From the NCBI RefSeq assembly GCF_009914755.1, contig NC_060933.1: 64,000 nucleotides of DNA. One strand, written 5' to 3'. The notes under the pieces are model-generated. The model was not told the DNA's origin. It was given only the letters and a program-made list of their open reading frames with translations, and made no database searches. Source of the DNA: the human T2T-CHM13v2.0 reference genome, Homo sapiens. Position numbers and translations under genes: made by a program. Positions within the stretch are counted from its first letter, which is position 1. Each line of letters begins with the position of its first letter. Shown here piece after piece: positions 52,200-64,000 of the stretch.

Positions 52200-52545
52200 T
52201 AATCTCTAGCATGCGTCCTTGCCTTTGCCTGTACTGCACCACTGTACTTAATCCTGAATAGTTTTTTCTGCCCCTTCTTCTGGTTGGTATCTCCTTCAGT
52301 ACTCAGCTCAAGGGTTATCTTTTCAAGGAAACCTTGCCCATCTTCCCAGCCTGTATTTGGTGTTTCTATCCCTGCTCACCAATGTGAAAACATGTATCAA
52401 GTTATATTGTTATTTCCAATTTCTTTGTCTCCTCAATTCCAATATTAGCTCCTTTTGATCAAAGGCCTGTTCTTTTCGTCTTTGAATTTCTAATACCTAG
52501 CAGAGTTTCTGACACTTAGCAATAGATGATTGTAGAATGAATAAG
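52200..52545 (+). mobile_element. L2 LINE 3' fragment
   Basis: ccttcagtactcagctcaag...aatacctagcagagtttctgacac...tgtagaatgaat. Confidence 0.6.
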
Positions 52546-53773
52546 TATGTGAAGAGTAAATCAGTTGGGGGTGAAATGTTAATTTTATACTGCTGTTTTG
52601 ATGTATGAATTGCTATACACTTAAAAACAAAACAGTGCTCATTTGACTGTTTTACATTTGTATGAACTATTATCCTTCAGAAAAACTTCAATGAAAGCAG
52701 GAACATTCTGTTGAAATATTAATAATCTTTTATTCTGAACTCCTTTAAACATGGTTAATTTTTCAAAAATCATAAAAATTTTTTACCCCATATTTAGTTT
52801 ACTGTGACATTACTTCCAAACAATGTGCTATTTTCTTTCTTTTTTCAAGGACATAAATTTGGGATGTTGCAATTTCAGTCAACCAGAAGAATTGACAAAG
52901 CTTGTGGAACCTTTTGTCAGTGGTGAAACCATGAACAATGGGAGCAACTCAAGAAGGCATTTACGGGGACATCTGAACACATCCTGCCATCTTAGGGTGG
53001 AACTCTAAAAGCATTTCTTCATGATTTCAATATGTTCCTCCAGTGAAGGAGAGTCTACTACTTATTCCAGACTCTCTAAGCCTCTTAATCAGAAATACTG
53101 TCTTTATAGTATACCTAAAATCAGATTCTGTAGTTGAACTCCATTTCCTCTTGTTATATATTAGCAAAAGGTATAGAAAAATTGTTTATCATTACTTGCA
53201 GAGTGAAATCATAGTTTTAGATCGCTTGCCATGCCTTCTAGGTCTGGGTAGATTCCAGAACCATTAAGCTATTATGTGTGTAGGAAGTTCATGCTAATTG
53301 AGTTAGTGAAGCACTGTGCCTGCATCCTTGCTAAGAGAGGCTGCTCCCCTGCCATATCACCTGCTAGATGAATGGGTCTAGGTGGCCATTTTTAAATCTT
53401 GTGACTCTATTTCTCTGACCAGAGCTAAATAAACAAGGGTCGACATATCACCAAACCTTGGTTAATGAGATTTTCCATAGGAAAATGGGAGAGGATAAAC
53501 TAAGGAGACAGAAGGAAGGCAACTTCGAGATTACAAGGAACTAGGCACTATACCAAGTGTTAGCAGAATACAGAATAATAGACGAAGCTAACTTACAAAG
53601 AAAAGTATAAAGTAGATGGGCCAAGAGAGGCAGAAATGAGAGACTCCAGGGCCCCATAACAGAGAAGTCTGGGTCCCTGTGGCTGTACTTCATTTCAGTC
53701 ATTGGTATTTTAGAGGTTAACTTTAGAGGAAAATTTTTATTTAAGTTATCATGAGTTGATTAACAATTATCTA

Positions 53774-54269
53774 TGTGATAGTTAATGTTATATGTCAACT
53801 TCTCTGGGCTGTGGTGCCCAGAGATTTGGTCAAACATTATTCTGAGTGTTTCTATGAGGGTATTTTTGGATGAGGTTTACATTTAAATTGGCAGACATTG
53901 AGTAAAGCAGATTACTCTCCATTATGTGGGTGGGCCTCATCTAATAAGCTGAAGGCCTGAATAGAACAAAAGGCTCACCTCCTCCGAGCAAGAAGGAATG
54001 CCAGCAGACTGTCTTCAGATTTTATCTGCAACATCAGCTGTTCCTGGTTCTACAGCAGACTCGAGCTAAAATTTTCTGGCTCTCCAGCCAACTTAAGCTG
54101 CAATTCTCTCCTGAGTCTTCAGCCTGCTGGCCTCCCTCATCAGCTTTTGGACTTGTCAAGTCTCCACCACTGCATAAGCCAATTCCTTAAAATAATCTCT
54201 TTCAATATATATATACATCCTACTGCTTCTGGTTTGTTTTTTTTTTTCTGGAGATTCCTGACTAATACA
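53774..54269 (+). mobile_element. ERVL solo LTR, MLT2B/C-like
   Basis: tgtgatagttaat...tggtcaaacattattctg...gtgggtgggcctcatc...cctgactaataca; perfect 5-bp TSD atcta at 53769-53773 and 54270-54274. Confidence 0.9.
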
Positions 54270-54699
54270 ATCTACAATAACTCCAAAGTGAAAGCAGTTG
54301 CACATAGATAACATGCATCCCCTGAGTCTAGCTTATTACAAAAGACTCCTTGAATTCTGTTAATTTGCATTGCATCACTTTTGCTTTATTAAGTTGAAAG
54401 GAACGGAATTCATATAAACTGCATACCAACTATACGCAAACACAAACATATTAATTTATGAATAATACAAAACAGTATTTTTATTATTTCAATTTATAAT
54501 GAAAGACACTAAGACTCAGAAAAGTTTTCTATCTTGTCAATAATCATTTTGAGAATTGGCCGTTTCATTCTTTTTGTAGTCAAGTACCTAGACAATCTAC
54601 CAATGTTTATTATTAATGCATGATATAACTCTATAATCTAGTTGGGCCTCAGATGAAGAGAGACGGTAACAGGGGCAAATACAAGATGCAGAGGACTGC

Positions 54700-54900
54700 A
54701 GGGAAGGAGTTTGGAATTAGAAAAGTCCTTAATATGTGGCTTAACCTATTTGGGCCAGAATCTTTTTACCTATAAAGAGGAGTAACTGAACCCACCACAT
54801 TTGTTCACAGCGTTGCTATGAAGCTCATTTCATTTGATGTAAAGGAAAGTACCCTGTAAATTGAAAAGCACCTTTCAAATGTTAAGCTTTTATTATCATT
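54700..54900 (+). mobile_element. MIR SINE fragment
   Basis: cttaacctatttgggccag...cacagcgttgctatgaag...tgtaaattgaaaagcac. Confidence 0.5.
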
Positions 54901-55185
54901 TCATTTTCAGTCCCTGTACATTTCAATATATATATTTTTGTGAATAATGACATATTTTGAAGAACTGAGACTGCATCAATTTTTTTAGAGGGAGAACAAG
55001 TATTCTCCTACCCCTCATAAGATAGCCCACCACACACTGCTCCCCAATAAGCACGAACGATTTAGTCTCAATTTCCCTCAGACACTGAGCAGTTTCAAGA
55101 CAAATAGGAACATCCAAATGGCTTTTCCGTCATTCCTAAGTAAATTCAAGAATGTTAAAGGTGGAAAGAACCTTAAGGATCATCT

Positions 55186-55569
55186 CATAGTTGGCAAACT
55201 GTGGAGCACAGGCCAAGTACCACCTGCCTCTCTTGTGTACAGCTGTTAAGCTAAAAATAGTTCTTACATTTTAGAATGGTTGAAAGCAATGAAAATTAGA
55301 ATATTCTATGACATTCGACAATTATATGTAATTCAAATTTCGTTGTTCATAAATAAGTTTTATTAGAAAACAGCTATGCTCCTTTGTTGTGTATTGTCTG
55401 CGGCTGCTTTCATGCTTCGATGTAATATGAATTGAGTATGGCAGTAGAGGCTGCATGACGCATAGAGTAGTTACAATAGACTACATGAGCAGTTGCAACA
55501 GAGGGTGTATGAGCCACAAAGCCTAAACCAGTTACATTCTGGCCTTTTATACAAACCTTGCCTACCCTG
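55186..55569. mobile_element. MER58B-like hAT MITE inserted in an antisense MIR
   Basis: ttggcaaact...aattcaaatttc...ataaataagttttattagaaaacagc...cacaaagcctaaa...tctggcctttt; MIR flanks ggaaagaaccttaaggatcatct and cattttatagatgagaaagctga. Confidence 0.8.
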
Positions 55570-56318
55570 ATCTAACCTTATTCTCTCATTTTATAGATGA
55601 GAAAGCTGAAGCATTGAAAGATAAAACTACTTATTCTAGGTAACTCAGCTAGGATATTAATTAATGCAGAATCAATTAAGAGCTGAAATTCCATTTTTTG
55701 TCCGTTTGATCATGCTGAAATTAATGACTAAAATTAGCTATAGTTATACTCATCTTTAAATTATATAGCTTGCTTGTATAAATGACTAGATTTTATCTCA
55801 AAATCTTTGAATGCTCACATGAGCTAATGTCACATAAAAATTTGTCTTGAGAAAGTGAAATATTTTCTTCACTTATTCATTGAAATGAAATGTATATTGC
55901 ATTGTTCTTAAGCAGTTCTAAGTAGAAGTTATTACAGAACAAAATAATGGTAAAAATTAAACATTTCACTGGATAACCATCAATCAAACTGAAAAATATG
56001 CTCTGCTTTTGATTTAAAAAACAACATATATGGAACATTCAAACATTTTCAGACAAATTGGTTACATTCGATTTTCTTACAAGAGATGATTGACAATAAG
56101 ATGAGAAAATGATTTCTTAGTCTGTGTTTAGTGAATAAAACTGGACCAGTTAATTTCCCAAATGTAAGCTAAATTTCAATTTCTTGTAAAATGAAAAAGA
56201 AAGTGTGTCTAAAGTTAAAGCATTCCCTTCCTATCACTAGGAAGTATCTCTTGGGATTCCAGCAAAATCAATTACGTACCCACCCGTTAATATCTATTTT
56301 CAAGGGGAAATGTTTAAA

Positions 56319-56557
56319 CAGTGTTGCCAACTGGGGGTGATTTTTCCCCTCGCCCCCAAAGGATATTTGGCAATATCTGGAGAAATTTTGTTTTTCCCAA
56401 TGGGGATGGCATCGCGGGGGTTGGGGGGTGCTCCTGGTTTGTTTCAATAGAAACCTGAGATACCAATAAATGTCTTACAAAGCACAGGACAGATGTCCCC
56501 CACAACAAAGACTTATTCAGCCCCAAATGTCAGTAGTGTTGAGGCTGAGAAATCCTG
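56319..56557. mobile_element. MER20 hAT-Charlie MITE
   Basis: gggggtgatttt...atttggcaatatctggaga...cccccacaacaaaga...ccccaaatgtcagtagtgttgaggctgagaaatcctg. Confidence 0.85.
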
Positions 56558-57539
56558 TTTTAACGAAACATCATTAGGCTAGCCCAAAGCTTTCAACGAC
56601 CCTGCAAACTTATCTGCCAGGTCCTAAATGTTCAAGTGATCCTTTATTTGTGGACTAGCACAATAGAGCAAATATTTCTTATGGAAGCCTATATGATAGC
56701 TCATTCTTTCCAATATTTTCTTCTAGCGAGATTATCACAGAGATTATGCCAGCAAATAGTTATTTGCCTTCTTTCCAGCCACATGTATTATTGATCTTAA
56801 CCAACAAACAGTAGCATAATTTTCTAATAATTCTGATCTCTTCCATAAGCAAGTTATTTTGACTCTGATTTATTTTTTCCCTGTAGGAATCTGATAAGCT
56901 AAGATTTCTATTTGACCTTGATCCATGATACATGATATAGTAAAATAACCTATGACTAACAGAAAAATAAATCCTAAGTCATATTTACCTTCAAACGGAA
57001 ACACCAAAATATTTCAGTTGGGTAGAGCCTACACAGTTATCTCTAGACATTTTCCAAAGACATATTTAGAGGATAAAGCAAGGGTGGCCCCAGCAAGTTT
57101 AACAGTACAGTTTTTCTTCTAACAGTATTTTATCTATTTTACAATGTAACCCAGTCAATAATATTAAAGGAAATATATTAACATATGTTAGATCACCATA
57201 TTAAGAAATACCTTTTCTCCAACATGATGAATAGATGAGATAATTTTTATCTCTCACTTTCTCTTTCAGTGTATATTATCAAAGCAGATATCTGGTGCTA
57301 CCTACAAAGATTCTTCCTTGAGTACATATTTTATTCTGGGTCACTTTCACTGAGCACGAAATATTGGTTTAACTCCCTAACTAATCTTCCAACTTGGGGA
57401 ATCGATGAACTAAATCATCTCAAGGTCAAGGTATTCTTTAATCACAAAAAAATTACCAAGACCCTATAATACCATTTGGTTCCTCTGAGTAGCAACTTCA
57501 GAACACTAATCAAAAACATAGTTACTCATTTTCTCCAAT

Positions 57540-58400
57540 ATTTACCTATTCAGATATAATTCATCTAACACCCGAGACATTCTAGGCTCTCTGCTAAATG
57601 CTACACACACCAAATTGAACAAGATATGATTCTCAACTTCAAGAAGATTTTCAAAATGAGTTGGAAGAGCTAATAATACCACAACATGCTAAAAGTAAAG
57701 CTAGAAATACCCACTGATGTTTATGGACATGCAGGAGAGGCGAGCTTTATCTAGCTTAGAGGATTCAGAGAAATTTTTCTGAACTCATCCTACTTACCTG
57801 CGTTGAGCATTAAAATATGGGCAGGGTTAGCTAGGAGAAGGTCTGGTGCAGGTTTTCCAGGCAGTAGAAATAAGTCATGCAAAAAACTCAGCTACACGGA
57901 ATTCCATGATTTGAGGAGGGGAAAAACAAGGTAAGAAGGCAGCAAAGTAGGCAGAGGCCAGATCACCTTGGGTCTTGTATTCCATGCCAAAGAGCTTAGG
58001 TTTTATTCTGCAAGAGATGAGGAATCACTGAAGAATGTCAAACACAGCAGCCTCTTGGTCTTACTTGCATTTTAAATGGACCATTCTGGTGGCTGTGGGA
58101 AGGATGGATTTGAAGTAGACAACACTGGAGGCAGCTGTAGTATTTTGGGCCCAAGTAAAAGAGAGACTGATTTTGGGAACTAGGAATAGACAGAAGGGGG
58201 TGGAACAGAGATATATTTATGAGGAAATCTGGCAGAACTGATTGGCTAATTACATAAGGATGGGAGAAAACAAGGCAAAAGGCACAAACCCAGGTTTTCC
58301 AGTTTGGGCAATGTGGTGAATGGGTGATCCTAGCAGTTGGGAGATAGTATAGAGGAAAAGGAGCAGATGAGAGGGAGCTTGCTTGATTCAGCAATGGCCA
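57540..58400 (-). mobile_element. L2 LINE fragment
   Basis: gtaggcagaggccagatcac...agagcttaggttttattctg...ttgcattttaaatggaccattctggtggctgtg...cccaggttttccagtttgggcaa. Confidence 0.7.
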
Positions 58401-58797
58401 CTTGATTAGGGCAGCAGTTAGACTTAATGTGCTTTCTCTGCTGCAAAGTTTTTCTGCCTCTAATCATGAAAGTGTACAGTCTCCTAAAGTAAACAAAGAG
58501 TGAGTCTGACATGCCATATTTTCTTTGAATCCGGAATACTACCTATCGACTACACATTTTTGGTATCTAAATTAGGTTTCCTGCATGATCCCTTAAAAAA
58601 TAATTATAAAAGTCATTCAATGCTCTGTGAGCATGAGAACTTTAAAGATGTGGATACATTTTGAATCTATATAAATGTATAGAGAGATACTGAGTGCTCA
58701 ATTTTTAACAATAAAAATGAGATACTGAGGCCTGGTCATGCCAGAGCCTAATTTTAATGAGCCAACATCTCTTTACTAAAGCATTACACTTTAGAAG

Positions 58798-58957
58798 CAG
58801 ATATTCTCAAATGTTAAGTGTGTAACATTCATCTGGGTTGTTTGTGAAATCCAAGTTTGCAAGGTCCACCCAGGGGTTTAACTTAGTAGGTCTATGTGAA
58901 GTTACTGTCATCTGATTCTATCATAGATAGTCTTGGATCACACTTTGAGAAATACTG
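58798..58957. mobile_element. MER5-family hAT MITE
   Basis: cagatattctcaaa ... cacactttgagaaatactg terminal inverted repeats. Confidence 0.55.
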
Positions 58958-60151
58958 CTTCAAGTACTCATTGTGTTGGATAAAACTTTCTTCATGTAAG
59001 ACAATTCAATATGTAAAATGTAGGAATTCTTCCTACCTTCCTTATCAGTTATCTATTTTATCTATCTATCTACCTACCTACCTACCTACCTATGCATTAA
59101 ACCTTGAAGAATCTTTACTTATTTGGGAGAAAAGAAATAAAACTCATCAATGATATCCCTACACTACAACTCCTATGCATGTCCCTCTGAAAATGAAGTA
59201 CAGAAGAACCAATAGTTAGATCTGAATTCCGAAAGGCTATTAAACACAAATCTTCTGTGTGATAAACATAAAAATTAAGTGTGCCCTTCCTAGAGATTTT
59301 GTTATACCTGAACCACCCCACCCCAGCAGTCACAGCACTGTATTTTTGCCACATGCTCAAGAGCCAGGAAAATTGTGTTCATTCTATTTTTTTCATATTA
59401 AATATTTAATATTAAGCAGCATTTAAAAAATTTTCCAAGTATAAAATTAATTGTAAATATAATTATGCTTTTCCAAATGAAAGCCCTAAATGTTCTCTTC
59501 CTCCTCCTTTCTGTCCAGAATCGTTGGTTAGTTTTTGAAGGTTGTGCGGTGGAGGTGGTTGGGTTGGGGAGTCTAGAATTATGGGCATCAGTTATGGCTG
59601 CTTCAGCCTTTGCCCCAAAGTGAACTGGCCACTTCTCACTTGGTCCTATCACATACCTTGGAATCTAAGGGACATGCCCTTGAGTGACCACTGCAAGCCC
59701 AAGGGCCATTCATTATAGCGGAATAAAGAAAGGGGGCATATGTAGGATGTTCCAGAATCTTGACCATGAAGACTATTTTTAGGAGCTCTCGTTCACAACC
59801 ATATCTCCATCTAAGTTCAATAGCATAGAAAATTCTGAAATTTCACATCACGTGACTAAAAATTTTCATGAAAAAAATACAGAGAAATGATCATACAAAC
59901 AGAAAATAAAAAGAAATAGGGAAAAACACTTCTTCAGATTCTATCATCTAGAACTCAGAGCAGGGCAGCTGAACTCAATTTACTTCTCTTTCTGTCAATG
60001 ATCTTTCATGATTACATTCTGAAAATCTGAGAACTGTTTACTTAAAACCTTTTGCTCCCACTGTCGACTAACACAAAATCTGTTCTTCCCAGATACCAGC
60101 ATCAGAGGGGCCGCTGAATTAAGTTTCCATCCAGCTCAGCTGAATCTATGG

Positions 60152-60325
60152 CAGCTTTTTTCAACGTGGGGTCCTTCCAGAGCTCTGGACTTCAGAATCA
60201 CTGGCAGAACAGTGAAAATGCAAATTCCTGAACCCACCACCTACCTACTCAGTCAACACCTCCGAGAGTGGGCCCTGACTATTTGCTTTTCTGACAAGCT
60301 CCCCAAGTGGTTCTAAGCATTCTTG
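60152..60325. mobile_element. MER5A-family hAT MITE
   Basis: tcagaatcact...aaaatgcaaattcctg...cctact...acaagctccccaagtggttct. Confidence 0.6.
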
Positions 60326-61929
60326 GGATTTCATATATCTTTCATGTGTTTGTTCATTCATTAAACATTTGTTGAATACGTTTTGTTGGTCACAGCCTGT
60401 AAAACTCTTTTTCATGCTAGATAATGGAAAGGGAGAAAAAATATGATCTGAAAATTAATTTGGAGCCAGTTGAGGATACACCAACAGAAGAGCAGAGGGG
60501 AGGGTGTGGAACCGCTGCTGGGTAGGCAGAGTCCTGGCTCCCTGCAGGAAGTCATCTGGCAGGACAGCAGGGCCCTTTCCCCTTGAGACAGACCTTGCCA
60601 GGGACGTTACTGTGCCTCCAAGCATCCCAGAGTGCAGTGGCCCCTGGACTTGGATGTCCCAGCCATTTCCTCCTCACTCCCCAGTGACCACACATTTTCA
60701 TTCTTGCCTCCACAAAAAAGGTCATCAGGAGACAGAACTCTCCAGAGAGACAGGAGGGTTTCTTGTTGCCTCAGGAATTTTCCTTAGGCTGCCTGAAGAA
60801 CATTTCACAAAAAGGCAAGTCACATGGTTCACTGTTCAGCAGCCTGAGTCGAAGCCACCATTTGATACACACCAGACCATTTTCCCTCTCTGCTGGGTTT
60901 TAGTTTGGTCCCATTTTCTTTTATTCTTTTCTTTTTTTCTTAAGGAAATCTGAGGCTGGCAGGCTGAGATGGAAAGATGGAAGTTTCTTTTATTTGTAGC
61001 CATTAAAATTCTGCCTAACAATACATCATGTTTTCCTAAAAGCAGTTTATTCTTCAAGTTTCCCATCTTCAAGTCACTTCATGGAATTAGTCCATTACAA
61101 ATATCCTGGCCTTGCTTGCCAGGATTCACTGATATATTCACCTAGACATAATAGGTGTGCATTTCCTCTCTTGTGGTGGAAATTTAACTGTTGCTCCCTA
61201 GGATGTGGCTGAGTACCCTGTCCAGGCTAAGCAAAGTTTCTGGTTTATTGACATCATTCTACCTCCTTTGTAAAGATTCAGAATTTTAGATGTGAATGGG
61301 ACAACTTGAACATCATAAATTTAAAACACAATTGAAACAAATTTCAACATAATTATTCCTTGAAGAGTTTGAGAACACCAGAGGGAAATCAGTTCCTGGA
61401 ATGCCTGAAATCAACTATAGAAGACAGACCAAATACATTTGGTTATTTGGATCTTACTTTGCTTCAGAGACAATAGAAAGAACATTGGTTATCATTATAT
61501 GGAATTATAGAAGTGTAAAACATTAGCACTTGGGCAGAATTTGTGCTGATCTGATAACCCAACCTGATCATTGCTCCTTCAGTTAATTCCCTTGTGTTAC
61601 CTACTTTAGGTAATACTTCTGTATCACAAAGAGAAAGGATAAAAAATAAGAGTTTGGGCTTTTGACTAGATTCCCCCCAAAAAAAAAATTAAAAAGGGAA
61701 TTTACTATGTAAAACTCTACATAGTTTTATCAGAAGGCAGGGTATATAACAAAAATACAGTGACATTACTGACTGAATAGTATTTGCTTCAAAGAATTCT
61801 GCTATCGGACACTCCATGGGGCTCATCCTCATTAATGAGATGAGTGAGATAAGGAATAATATTCTTTACTTTTGTCAGTCCTACTAGAGACAATAACTGA
61901 AATACCCTTTCTAGCCCGGGAAAGAGGAA

Positions 61930-62295
61930 CTTCCTTCTCAGGATCTTAATTCTTAGATGCTGGGACCACCAGCCAACCCTACAGCAAAGATAGAAACTCA
62001 GAAGTTATCCTAGATTCCTCTCTCCACCACAACTAGTCCATTTAGCAAGGCCCTGTTTATTTTACCTTCATTACTTTTGCCTTAGCCAGGTTCTCATCAA
62101 TTCCCCAGGCCTCTAATCTAATCTTTCAGCTTCCAGTTGCATCATCTCACCCATTTTAGACACTACAGCCAAAGCAACTATACAATACCTAAATCTGGTG
62201 ATCACCTCGCTGCAAAAATTCTTTTAATTGCCTCTCCCTCCCCCCTAGTTTCAAGATAATGGTCAAATGCTGTAGCTTAGCAGACAAGGCCTTCT
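61930..62295 (+). mobile_element. L2 LINE fragment (continues past MADE1)
   Basis: agaaactcagaagttatcctagattcctctctc...cactacagccaaagc...aaatctggtgatcac...acaaggccttc. Confidence 0.55.
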
Positions 62296-62296
62296 A

Positions 62297-62356
62297 TTAG
62301 GTGGGTGAAAATGTAATCGTGGTTTTTGCCATTAAAAACCTTTTGCACCAACCTAA
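62297..62356. mobile_element. MADE1 MITE, internally deleted, with TA TSDs
   Basis: TA-ttaggtgggtgaaaatgtaatcgtggtttttgccatt...ttttgcaccaacctaa-TA. Confidence 0.85.
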
Positions 62357-62459
62357 TATGATTTAAACACTGTTGTTTACCCGTTTCCTTCTTCCATTTT
62401 AATATTCAATTCTTTCAGTCCAAATAGACAACGTTCTTCAATGCCCAAGTTGCATAGCA

Positions 62460-62610
62460 GGCTTCGGACACTAGATCTAAATCCAGTCAAGACCCAAACC
62501 CTTCATTTTAAAGAAGACATCAAGTTACAGAAAGATTAAGTAATTTGCCCAAGGTCACACAGCTGGTTAGGAACACAGTGGAATTAGGACCCAGTGTCCA
62601 GGCTGACTTT
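62460..62610 (-). mobile_element. MIR SINE
   Basis: ttaagtaatttgcccaaggtcacacagctggttagg...ggaattaggacccag. Confidence 0.7.
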
Positions 62611-64000
62611 TCCAGAATATAATTTCTTTATTCTATTTCTGACATTGCTTAAAGTGAGCAAACTCATATGATTTCTCAATATAAAAATTTGAAAGTCTTA
62701 AAAATGATACTAATCATTTGGTCTTCATTAACACACTGACTTAAATATCTTTCCAAAATCTGTCACAAATACAGTGTCCCCTTCTCCCAATGCAACCCAT
62801 TTTTCAGAAGCCTTCCCTTCAGTAAGTTCGCCAAGACTTCAATACACAGAAAGCTCTCTGCCCTAAAAATAATCTTCGAATTCAACATGTTACCAAAATA
62901 AAATCTTCCAAATAAAACAATGGCAAAGATAGACCTGATAATGAATATGAAATATGCTAAGAACATTCTGTCACTGAAATAAACTTGACTTTTTTTGTGA
63001 TTAATAGTAAGATGCAATCTTGAAACACATAAGAATAAAGCAAACGACAACAGAAGAGAAATGATGTAGAAAGGGTCCCATTTGAAATTTACCCATTTGA
63101 AAACAGGCTCTGTCTTTTGGCTATCATCATTGTGTGCCTGTCCAGAAATTCATTTCCAAGTTTTATTTCCAAATGCAACCCCAAATTCAAAATGTGAGTG
63201 TGTTGGCATGTTCAAAAATTGCTCTGAGATGGACAAAACAACAAATGAGATGCTTTCAGGAGGAATAATAAGTACATTCCAACACTCATTGGGTTTAATT
63301 CATACTTCAGATATCGGCCTTCCCCTTCTAATTCTTTTGTATCCTGTTTCTATTAGGAAATGGAAAATAAGGAAATAGGATTATGAAGCCATTTCTAAAT
63401 ATTAACGTGATACCAAAGGAAGTTAGCAAAGATACACACATTTTCAAGGAAAAGGATAGAAAGGGAAATTGGCTTGAGTCCAGTCTGTCAGAAATGGTGA
63501 CTGATCAGAGTTTAGCTAAATCTAATCAAGCCATCAGGACCTACACTGCATTTACTGACAGGTAGGGGCACTGAGAGAGGGCAGGTCATATTAGAACAAT
63601 GCTTGGAAGAGGAATAAGCACTACCTGTTGAATAGGAGAATTGGCTTTGTTACCTTAAGATTTCAATAATCTACTGGATTCCTAGAGAATCCATTCATCA
63701 AATTAACATAGTGGTGGTAGTATGGAGGGAGGTGGAACAAGAGAGAGAAGGGGGAGGAAGGGAGGGAGGAGAAAGAAAGGAAAGGACATAAGAAATACTG
63801 TTATTAAATATTTCATTTCTAGATTAAGCCAGGAAGAGCATTTACCAAAACATGCAAATTATTATTCATGAACTTACATTTTACTCAAAAGATAAAATGG
63901 CAAGAATACATAGAAACTAGCAAAGCAAACACAGGAATCCATAGGAGAAACATACAACAATCCATAGGAAAAAAATACATAGCATTCACAGCCAGAGAGT

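Overview
This is primate (most likely human) non-coding genomic DNA: AT-rich, CpG-depleted, with no CpG island. I can support no protein-coding gene, RNA gene or CRISPR array. Most longer ORFs in the track are Alu, L1 or LTR read-throughs; the rest are unrecognisable chance frames. The window is a layered record of transposable elements: five near-full-length AluS copies plus a 30-bp Alu remnant; two 5'-truncated primate L1s with clear target-site duplications (TSDs; L1PA8-like and L1PA15/16-like); many solo LTRs (MLT1, MST, MLT2, MER57, MER68, MER74-like and an HML-6/LTR3-like LTR); DNA-transposon MITEs (MER5, MER20, MER30, MER45, MER58, MER63, MER96, two MADE1); and old MIR, L2 and L3 relics, many nested. 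Family names come from recalled consensus sequences, not a database search, and old-element boundaries are approximate. I found no convincing novel biological system. The most notable features are mutational scars (two clusters of nested inverted duplications, a nearly excised Alu, a microhomology-truncated MADE1, a tail-less Alu, a complex duplication inside an L1, a 74-bp diverged direct repeat) and a repeat-poor interval at about 18.5-21 kb with CpG-retaining bZIP motifs that may be an enhancer.
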